Shown here: piece after piece, positions 56,692 through 64,000 of the stretch
How positions within the stretch are numbered: the first letter of the stretch is position 1
How the letters are laid out: every line of letters begins with the position of its first letter
Source: a virus
Virus record (IMG/VR): IMGVR_UViG_3300013126_000010
Location: 32,001-96,000 of that record
Length of the DNA: 64,000 nt
Reading direction: 5' to 3' (one strand)
The notes under the pieces: model-generated
Told to the model about the DNA's origin: nothing
Databases searched by the model: none
What the model saw: the letters and a program-made list of their open reading frames with translations, nothing else
Made by a program: the position numbers and the translations under genes

Positions 56692-57023
56692 TTTGCTATA
56701 TTATAGTCTAAAGGTTTTTCATCACTGACTAGTAAAATATCATTATTATCCACTTTACGGATATCAAATTTTGAACCATCAGCCTCTTCTATTGTCACAC
56801 CACGAGTCCATCGACCATGGTCTACATAGATCCATTGTCCAACTGAAACATCTTTTTGTTCTGGACCCACCGCATATACTTTACCCCAGCGTGGTTTAAT
56901 CCCCTCAACTTTACCATCTTGATTAGGAATGATAATACCAGTGGTGGTAAATTCTTCTTTAAATTCCATGTCAACGACAATAACATCATCGTGTATAGCT
57001 CTTAGTTTACCTTTGATTGCCAT
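56688..57023 (-). CDS. groES: GroES-like co-chaperonin
   Basis: LRAIHDDVIV, mobile loop TTGIIIP, GKVYAVGP, VSVGQWIYV. Confidence 0.85.
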   Translation of the reverse strand: MAIKGKLRAIHDDVIVVDMEFKEEFTTTGIIIPNQDGKVEGIKPRWGKVYAVGPEQKDVSVGQWIYVDHGRWTRGVTIEEADGSKFDIRKVDNNDILLVSDEKPLDYNIAK

Positions 57024-57361
57024 TATGCCTCCGGCACATCTGATTGTTCAACTGACCGAGTTGATTTTGTTTTTTGTTGAGTAGTTTGCTGGACAACCGG
57101 TGTAGGTTGTGTTGGTTGGGACATTGCTTTAACTCTAGCTGGTTGTGACACTACATTATCGCTAGTTGGGTAGTTTTCTGCAACCGGATCTTCGATTTTT
57201 TTAATTATTTTCCCACCTGGACCAATTGTATCACCTCGTGCATTTACTTTAGCATTACCAACTGCTAGTGTTGTTTCATTTCTCATGATTAATTTGTCTA
57301 GCTCAATGGCAACGCCATTCATAGATCTATATATTTTTCTACCACGGTCATTAAATGACAT
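57023..57361 (-). CDS. hypothetical protein
   Basis: 112 aa; AVGNAKVNARGDTIGPGGKII core. Confidence 0.7.
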   Translation of the reverse strand: MSFNDRGRKIYRSMNGVAIELDKLIMRNETTLAVGNAKVNARGDTIGPGGKIIKKIEDPVAENYPTSDNVVSQPARVKAMSQPTQPTPVVQQTTQQKTKSTRSVEQSDVPEA

Positions 57362-57873
57362 TAATTTTCTCCTGTTCTTAAAAATTCGGTATAGTCAAGG
57401 TTATATTTCAATGAATCTATTTTATGCACTCCTAATATATACAGTACATAACTAGCCACGGAACTACCCCGACCAACACCCCATACGATGTTACATTCTC
57501 GCAACGTATCAACAATATATTTAAGTACCGTTAATACTGGTATCATATTTAGTTTTTCAAATAACATCAATTCTTCCATACATCGTATTTTCTGAGAATC
57601 AGATTGACAATTCTCTAAACAAAATACATATATATCAAAATCATTATATTCTGGTGGTATCATCCATTCAGATTGTTTGATTTTGTCATATTCTTCTATA
57701 TCAAAAGATTGATTAGCATTTGTATCGATATTTAGCATACTATTACTGATGAATTTTTTTATTTCTTCAGTATTTTCAGCTTTTATACCATCAAATTTAA
57801 ATTTACCCTTATAAATCAGGTCAAATAGATCATTTGATTGAAATATTGGGCTTCCATAATTGTCATATTTCAT
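57361..57873 (-). CDS. stand-alone DnaE (Pol III alpha) palm fragment
   Basis: RCMEEL...IVWGVGRGSSVASYVLYILGVHKIDSLKYNLDYTEFLR aligns by eye with the DnaE GRGS region; it ends before the PDxD motif. Confidence 0.8.
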   Translation of the reverse strand: MKYDNYGSPIFQSNDLFDLIYKGKFKFDGIKAENTEEIKKFISNSMLNIDTNANQSFDIEEYDKIKQSEWMIPPEYNDFDIYVFCLENCQSDSQKIRCMEELMLFEKLNMIPVLTVLKYIVDTLRECNIVWGVGRGSSVASYVLYILGVHKIDSLKYNLDYTEFLRTGEN

Positions 57874-58052
57874 TTAGCCTGCACACATGTTATGGTAGTA
57901 TCTACTTCTTTTTCATACTTCTTCAAATCAGTAACGGTTTGCTCACCGATAATCTTACAAGAAGTCTCTGATGGTAAGTTTGTAATTATCTTAGTATCCA
58001 AATCGTGATGGAATTGACCAAGCAGTGATGTAGTTAGTATTAAAGTCCACAT
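57870..58052 (-). CDS. small putatively exported protein
   Basis: Hydrophobic N-terminus MWTLILTTSLLG; two Cys; extended -10 TGCTATAAT at 58090-58082. Confidence 0.5.
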   Translation of the reverse strand: MWTLILTTSLLGQFHHDLDTKIITNLPSETSCKIIGEQTVTDLKKYEKEVDTTITCVQAK

Positions 58053-58106
58053 AAAGGTTATATTGGAATAATGTGAACTCTATTATAGCATAAAACCTTT
58101 GATGTG

Positions 58107-58337
58107 CTACTCGACTCGAATCAATGAAGCCAAATCAACATCCATTTCATCCTGTTGTTTCTTCCACACCTTGAGTCTACGTTGCTGGAGTTCATTTTGA
58201 TAGTCTTCTATGATCATTGCCAATTGAAATCGCATATCCTGGTTAGTGGCTAACCAATATTTTCTGTTCAGGTCTGACAGTTTAGTTTCAAGTTGAGTAT
58301 CGTTAAGATCTGATAAATTATTAATTAATGGATGCAT
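58107..58337 (-). CDS. hypothetical protein
   Basis: 76-aa helical protein coupled to the upstream operon. Confidence 0.7.
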   Translation of the reverse strand: MHPLINNLSDLNDTQLETKLSDLNRKYWLATNQDMRFQLAMIIEDYQNELQQRRLKVWKKQQDEMDVDLASLIRVE

Positions 58338-58339
58338 AG

Positions 58340-59353
58340 TTATATAGAGTAAAATAAAAGATTTGTTCCGCCAGATTGAGAAGTTGTTATTAAAATTTTA
58401 TTATTTACTGGATCATACGTCATTTTATTAAGAGTTTGGCCAGAAGCTAATGTCACCGGGAGGATATTTGAATACCAGCTAACTAAATCAGCAGAATAAA
58501 GATAAGTTGATGAACCAGAAGTTAATATATAAAATCCATTCAAATAAGAAATGTTTGTCCATGTTGTAGTTGAATAAGCGCTAGGTAACGTAATTGCTGT
58601 CCACGTTAACCCGTCAGAAGATGAATATAAAGAATTTGCAATCGATTGTCTTCTACAAAATAGTAAATTATTTGCCATCCCTATAGGATTGACATAATTC
58701 GTTGACGAAAATGGGGTTGTCTCCGCAACAGTAGTCCACACCATAGATGTTGGATTAACAGAAGATAATGAACAATAATTAACATTTCCTCCACTATTAT
58801 ACACAAATAATGTATTATTTAAAATCCACGCAGAAAGTGGACTTAATCCCGTTACTCCAGAACTTACAGGAGTAGACCAAGTTGATCCATTTGTTGTATA
58901 AGATATAATACTTGCCGTAAAAACTCTTATTAAATAAAAAGTTCCATTGTCTGAAACTCCAGAAAAAATTCCAGTTGAACTAGATGTTGGGAATAAACCA
59001 GCTGTTAATGACCAAGTATTACCTCCATTAGTTGTTATTAACCCAGCGCTAGTATTTGTTCTAGTGCATATTAAAGTGGTTGAATTAACAACAAATGGTG
59101 TTTTATAAGACAAATTACTAACAGGATCATTCGGGATTGTTTGATCAACCCAATTTACACCATCAGAAGAATATTGTCCTATTGTAGCTTTAGATATTGT
59201 TGGTATAATAAAATTTTTACCATTCATTGTCATCACCTGTGACCAAAATGAAGTTGTTGGTAAGGTGACTGCTGCAAATGTTGGTCCTATTGGGTTAGAG
59301 ATACCAACTACTTCATTCCCAGCAGCAGCCATAATTAAATTTAATACACTCAT
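58340..59353 (-). CDS. tail-fibre-associated protein with BNR/Asp-box-like repeats (beta-propeller-like)
   Basis: Repeats YSSDGVNW, TTNGGNTW, YTTNGSTW, SSSDGLTW, YSADLVSW; N-terminus MSVLNLIMAAAG. Confidence 0.65.
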   Translation of the reverse strand: MSVLNLIMAAAGNEVVGISNPIGPTFAAVTLPTTSFWSQVMTMNGKNFIIPTISKATIGQYSSDGVNWVDQTIPNDPVSNLSYKTPFVVNSTTLICTRTNTSAGLITTNGGNTWSLTAGLFPTSSSTGIFSGVSDNGTFYLIRVFTASIISYTTNGSTWSTPVSSGVTGLSPLSAWILNNTLFVYNSGGNVNYCSLSSVNPTSMVWTTVAETTPFSSTNYVNPIGMANNLLFCRRQSIANSLYSSSDGLTWTAITLPSAYSTTTWTNISYLNGFYILTSGSSTYLYSADLVSWYSNILPVTLASGQTLNKMTYDPVNNKILITTSQSGGTNLLFYSI

Positions 59354-59354
59354 A

Positions 59355-61808
59355 TTAGTTGCTATCCTTTGCTAATACTAAACCTCTCCACGTAACACCA
59401 GCATCATAAGTATAAAATCCAAGTATATCAACACCAGTAGTGGTTAATGTTGGGGCAACACCACCAGCCCATTTTACTGATGATGGCCATGTTATATTTG
59501 TTCCAGGATTTGTGACTTCTAAAATAAATGAATACACGTTTCCAGACGTTGACGCATTAATAAATGTAAAAGAAGTGGCACCAGAAATAGTCTTATAGAA
59601 TACCGATCCAGATGAAACATCTATTGAAGTACTTGCAATAGATAACGCTTTTTCTATAGTTCTATTAACTGTTAAATTACCGGAAATAGTTGAACTTGAT
59701 GTAGTAGAAACTGCATTAGTAATCCCATATCCAGCTAGTGTTGTAGGTTTTCCGGTTACAATTTTAGACCAATCTAAATCAGGTATATCATTTGAAGTTA
59801 ATGCCACTGTACCAGAAGTAACTCGACCAAAACTATCAACACCAACACTATAATACGCCCCACTAACTCCAACAGGTTTTAATGCTAAACCAGTAGTCGT
59901 CATAATAATAGTGTTATTATCAGTCATTACATCTTGATAATTAGTTCTCCATGATGGAACTAATCCCGGACCATTAGATGTTAATACTTGTCCAACTTCG
60001 CCGACACCATTTTCCAAAACCAAAGAACTACTTAAATTTAATTGATATATATTTGTGTTCGTAAACGGTATAACTGAAAAATTGTTTTCATATTTTGAGA
60101 TTTCACTTATGTTACAAGATGGAATTGATAATACTGGGTTTGTTAATAAATCAATTCGGCCTGTTATCCCATTAGTACTAATAAAAGTATCATCGTTAGT
60201 AACTAAATCAAAATTATTAAGTGTCAAACCAACAGAAGATATTAATCCAGATATAGAATTATTATTTGGATATTTAACTAAATTAGGACTTGATGATATT
60301 AATAGAAATGAATCTGTTGCATTTAATTCATCGGCTGGCATCCCATATGATGTTAATCCGTCAATTTTATTTTGCCAATTAATTACTCCATTTTCAGTTA
60401 TTTGTAACACAATAACAGTATTAATATATACAGCTTTTATAAAAATATTATTTCCATTATTAGCTATTGCAATTGGTTCAATACTATCAAAATTTGTATT
60501 TGAAATACTTGATAATCTTTTTTGCCAAATAATGGAACCATCAGTGCCTGAAAATTTAATTATAGCAAATGATATATTATCATCAAGGATTAATCCGTAA
60601 ATATCATTATTGTTATCAATGCAAAAATCTATTAATGTGGAAATAGTAGAATTTATATAAATCGAAAATATTTCTGTTGCCAATCCATTATTATATTTTA
60701 TGAATCCAGGTCCTAATACATCTGTTAATGTGTGGAATTCAACAAGTGCTATTAAATTTTGATTAGAATCATATTTTACTTTTCTAAAATTACATTCAGA
60801 AAAACTAGCATAATTTTGGTATATTAATCCATCTAAATTGAATGAAAATTCATAGATGAATTGAATTTCTTGATAATGGTAGCTAATAATGAAAACTGGG
60901 TCAGTTAGATTATTAGTTGAAGGTTTTAACGCAATATCTGCATATTGATTATTATCATAAGATGGTATTAAGTATTCATTTATTAGCATACCGGATTCAG
61001 GATCAATACTTAACAAATATAGATTTGTTTGTTGATCGGAAGCTAAAACAACTAATACTTTATATTTTGATTCATATAAAACTTTAATCGGTGATAAATA
61101 TGTTTGATTTTTTAATTCTTTAGACCATATTAACCCACCATCTGCAGAAAATTTTACAAGAACTCCACCATCCATTCCTTCACTAGGAATACCATATAAT
61201 CTATAGATAAATCCATCTGGATCAATTTCTGTATTAAAATTAATTAGCGAAGTTCTAAATGAATACCAATTCATCCAATAATCATAATGCTTAGTAGTTC
61301 CTATTTCAGTATTACCGGCACTACTCATCATTACTAATGTATTATCAACTGTAGTTAATACCTGACCTAAACCAGCATCCGCCACTTGCACAGAAGAATT
61401 ACCCTGATATATTTTACTAACGATTACGTCCCCAATATCCCCATTGACAGAGGTGACTAAATTAGTGAAATTATCAATATCTTGTATCCATTGATATGTG
61501 GTGCCGTCCCATGATAAAATAGTATTTGCTATCGTTGGTGATGGTAACGGATTCCATGCATCAGTCAAACGTCCTTTACCATCAACGGTAAATCCAAAAT
61601 AATTACCAGGAGTAACTCCTGTATCTGGTAATGTTATTAAATCAATGTTAGAAACTGTCAATTTTAAATCTTCGATTTCAGAATCTATTAATAATAAACT
61701 ATTTTTGATGTATGAATAGTTATCTCTAAATCCTTGTGATGAATTATCTACCCCTAATACGGGAAAGTTTATAACGATATCGTTGATTGCGTTTAGTAAG
61801 TTGCTCAT
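59355..61808 (-). CDS. mosaic tail fibre protein
   Basis: Fibre repeats GVTPGNYFGFTVDGKGRLT and GAYYSVGVDSFGRVTSG; KPTTLAGYGITNA; C-terminal ITWPSSVKWAGGVAPTLT...DILGFYT domain. Confidence 0.75.
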   Translation of the reverse strand: MSNLLNAINDIVINFPVLGVDNSSQGFRDNYSYIKNSLLLIDSEIEDLKLTVSNIDLITLPDTGVTPGNYFGFTVDGKGRLTDAWNPLPSPTIANTILSWDGTTYQWIQDIDNFTNLVTSVNGDIGDVIVSKIYQGNSSVQVADAGLGQVLTTVDNTLVMMSSAGNTEIGTTKHYDYWMNWYSFRTSLINFNTEIDPDGFIYRLYGIPSEGMDGGVLVKFSADGGLIWSKELKNQTYLSPIKVLYESKYKVLVVLASDQQTNLYLLSIDPESGMLINEYLIPSYDNNQYADIALKPSTNNLTDPVFIISYHYQEIQFIYEFSFNLDGLIYQNYASFSECNFRKVKYDSNQNLIALVEFHTLTDVLGPGFIKYNNGLATEIFSIYINSTISTLIDFCIDNNNDIYGLILDDNISFAIIKFSGTDGSIIWQKRLSSISNTNFDSIEPIAIANNGNNIFIKAVYINTVIVLQITENGVINWQNKIDGLTSYGMPADELNATDSFLLISSSPNLVKYPNNNSISGLISSVGLTLNNFDLVTNDDTFISTNGITGRIDLLTNPVLSIPSCNISEISKYENNFSVIPFTNTNIYQLNLSSSLVLENGVGEVGQVLTSNGPGLVPSWRTNYQDVMTDNNTIIMTTTGLALKPVGVSGAYYSVGVDSFGRVTSGTVALTSNDIPDLDWSKIVTGKPTTLAGYGITNAVSTTSSSTISGNLTVNRTIEKALSIASTSIDVSSGSVFYKTISGATSFTFINASTSGNVYSFILEVTNPGTNITWPSSVKWAGGVAPTLTTTGVDILGFYTYDAGVTWRGLVLAKDSN

Positions 61809-64000
61809 GCTATTTGTGTCCTGTCCGTGGGGAAGTAGATATATTTATCTGTGGTATTATATGAATACTGAATAGAGTAAGCTGAATCTACCACTGGAGT
61901 AAATGATAATGGTGAATTTAATACTGCTTGTTTTGTTGCACCATTATATGATAATATTGTTTTAGTTTCGTTATTAATGATAAAATTCATACCTACATAA
62001 CTATTATCATTAGTAGACGCTGACAAATCCAGCACTACTGTAGAATTTGTGCTATTTGCTTGTAATTTATCATCAATGTTAGAGGCTACTACTATGTTAT
62101 TTTTCGTAGAAGATATGATATATCTATCAATGTCAAAATCGATATCATTGAAATTAAAACCAGTAGTTGAAATATAATTTTGAATATTTAACAATATACT
62201 ATCAGCCATTCCAATTTTGCAATAACATAGAACTATTGCAGGGGTATAATCTAATTCTACCATAGAACCATCTTGAATAGTTCTCATCCATAATGGTAAT
62301 CTATGTCGTTCATGATGTCCCATATCATTAATACGCTTTCTCCATAATGATATACTTGATGGTTGTTTATACTGAGTATATTGATCATTAAATACCATAT
62401 TGGTTCTATCAATAGTTACACTAAATGGGCTATTATCAATTGTTATAGGAACATTGTCTTTCGATGTGAATATATTAAGTGGTAAGTGTTTTTTCCCTAT
62501 TTCTAATGGATCTAATATTTCAACATATATTACTTCATATATTTTAGTATGCGTTCCGGGTATTTTTGCTACAGCCTTTTTTACATCACCGAATTGAAAC
62601 TTTTTTCGTAAATGATTTTGACCAACCGTGCTTAGAATATCAATCATAGATTTAGTTTCTATACCTGCATAAACTAACATGGTCATATCTGATTGTATTC
62701 CGAAATATTGATCACCGTGTCTATATATTGCATCATTTTCGAATACTTCATTATTGTATATAAATGAAGTAAATGCATCTCGTTGTTTTGGTTTCAATAA
62801 TGGTTTTACATAAACGTCACTATACTGAATATCATTTGGTACGTACACCTCTATGGTAAACTTTTTCGATATTTGTGCCAATCCGAACAGGTCACTTGCT
62901 AATACTTCGAATGTATACGATCTATCTATTGTGGTGGTATCATTATCAAGGATAAAATCATAATTAGTAATTCTAGGATATTCGAATTGATTTATTTTTC
63001 CAGTGATTTCCCCTAGACTATTCATATATAATCCAGGAGGCAATGTTCCAGATATTATAGAATAGGTAACACGAATTGTGTTAGTGCATTTTGCTTCAAC
63101 ATATAATGTACTAGGTGTTTCAACTTCTAATACTCCTAGATTTGATTCAGTGATCCATTTAATATTATTATCTATTTCCCCAATAACTTTTAATGTGAAT
63201 GTCCTCGAAGATGACGCAGTATCATAGTTACTTTTATATGTACCAATGTTTGTTGGTAATACAGTTAATGTGGGACCAGTAGCAGATATTGTATGATTAA
63301 TATCTGCATACCATTGATATATTTCCCATGGATATAAAACTGATTGTTCAGAATAATATGTTTCACCAGATGTAAAATTTCTATATATCCAAACAGAATT
63401 TAATGTTGGTCTATACAACTTTACCCCGGATTCACCACTTATATAATCTAAACTGGTGTATATTCTATATGCATCATATGATTCGAGTGCATAATTTCTA
63501 TAAACAATTGTGTTATTTAATTTTATAGGGAAAGTATCTATCGTACTTTCAATTGGTTCTGGTCTAACTTTCCCAATTCTAGTAGCAGTAACTGTGAAAT
63601 TAAATGTTTTGGTAACTGCCGGTTGATATGGTATGATTCCAAATATTTCTGCAGTAGTAGTATCGAATTGCATTCCGTGCGGTAACTGACATATAGTTCC
63701 ATCTGGATTGAAAGTATCTATTGAATATAATACTGGATTTTTTGCTTCTGTTTCATATATATCTAGTTTAAATGTTTGATAATTGCTTGCACGTACAGAT
63801 CCTAAATCACTTGGGGTAAACCATAATGGATTTCTTAAACTGCTCACGTCTGCTGTATAATCAGTATCACCTAAGTGTAAACTATCATTGTCACTAAAAA
63901 ATGAATCATCACCAACAACAAATATTTTAAATTTTCGTTGGGTTATTGTATTTCCGTCAGAAATAGATACTACAAATTCATAATTTCTATTAAGTTTTTT
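61805..64000 (-). CDS. Ig-like (putative Ig/He_PIG) repeat baseplate/structural protein, 5' truncated by window
   Basis: QLPHGMQFDTTTAEIFG and SGTLPPGLYMNSLGEITG repeats. The frame stays open from 63847 to 64000, so the true start lies outside the window. Confidence 0.7.
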   Translation of the reverse strand, partial: KKLNRNYEFVVSISDGNTITQRKFKIFVVGDDSFFSDNDSLHLGDTDYTADVSSLRNPLWFTPSDLGSVRASNYQTFKLDIYETEAKNPVLYSIDTFNPDGTICQLPHGMQFDTTTAEIFGIIPYQPAVTKTFNFTVTATRIGKVRPEPIESTIDTFPIKLNNTIVYRNYALESYDAYRIYTSLDYISGESGVKLYRPTLNSVWIYRNFTSGETYYSEQSVLYPWEIYQWYADINHTISATGPTLTVLPTNIGTYKSNYDTASSSRTFTLKVIGEIDNNIKWITESNLGVLEVETPSTLYVEAKCTNTIRVTYSIISGTLPPGLYMNSLGEITGKINQFEYPRITNYDFILDNDTTTIDRSYTFEVLASDLFGLAQISKKFTIEVYVPNDIQYSDVYVKPLLKPKQRDAFTSFIYNNEVFENDAIYRHGDQYFGIQSDMTMLVYAGIETKSMIDILSTVGQNHLRKKFQFGDVKKAVAKIPGTHTKIYEVIYVEILDPLEIGKKHLPLNIFTSKDNVPITIDNSPFSVTIDRTNMVFNDQYTQYKQPSSISLWRKRINDMGHHERHRLPLWMRTIQDGSMVELDYTPAIVLCYCKIGMADSILLNIQNYISTTGFNFNDIDFDIDRYIISSTKNNIVVASNIDDKLQANSTNSTVVLDLSASTNDNSYVGMNFIINNETKTILSYNGATKQAVLNSPLSFTPVVDSAYSIQYSYNTTDKYIYFPTDRTQIA

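Noticed and set aside
63845-63847. GTG at 63847 as the start of the last gene
   Set aside because: The frame is open for 51 more codons to the window edge, with protein-like sequence (NRNYEFVVSISDG), so the gene is truncated by the window.
1-64000. Stop-codon reassignment, CRISPR array, tRNAs, diversity-generating retroelement
   Set aside because: Genes are intact in the standard code with TAA, TAG and TGA all used as stops. I saw no regularly spaced repeats, no cloverleaf in the short intergenic gaps and no reverse transcriptase motifs.

Overview
This is a 64-kb segment of an AT-rich, T4-related jumbo myophage genome. The gene architecture resembles RaK2/GAP32/Atu_ph07-type jumbo phages; that assignment is my inference from gene order, not a database result. 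Bases 1-30.3 kb (+) form a baseplate/tail-fibre module: gp53-like, hub, gp5-like spike, gp25, gp6, a 4526-aa wedge protein and paralogous fibre proteins. Bases 30.3-42.5 kb (-) carry nucleotide metabolism and replication genes (thyA, DHFR, RNase H, HNH, SSB, probable sliding clamp, family-B DNA polymerase). Bases 42.9-48.4 kb (-) hold a run of small low-complexity proteins whose N-termini look like T4 capsid-targeting/prohead-protease propeptides, a GC-rich pseudoknot-like intergenic element, and a CHAP hydrolase. Bases 48.4-58.3 kb encode ClpA, a T5-A1-like metallophosphoesterase, DnaJ, PhoH, a clamp loader, MazG, GroES and a stand-alone DnaE fragment. Bases 58.3-64 kb (-) are a second tail-fibre/baseplate block that runs off the window. 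The strongest leads are the putative capsid-packaged cargo island, the structured intergenic element inside it, and hairpins that hide ribosome-binding sites with a T4-type late promoter in or at the loop. I saw no tRNA, rRNA, CRISPR array, reverse transcriptase or transposase.
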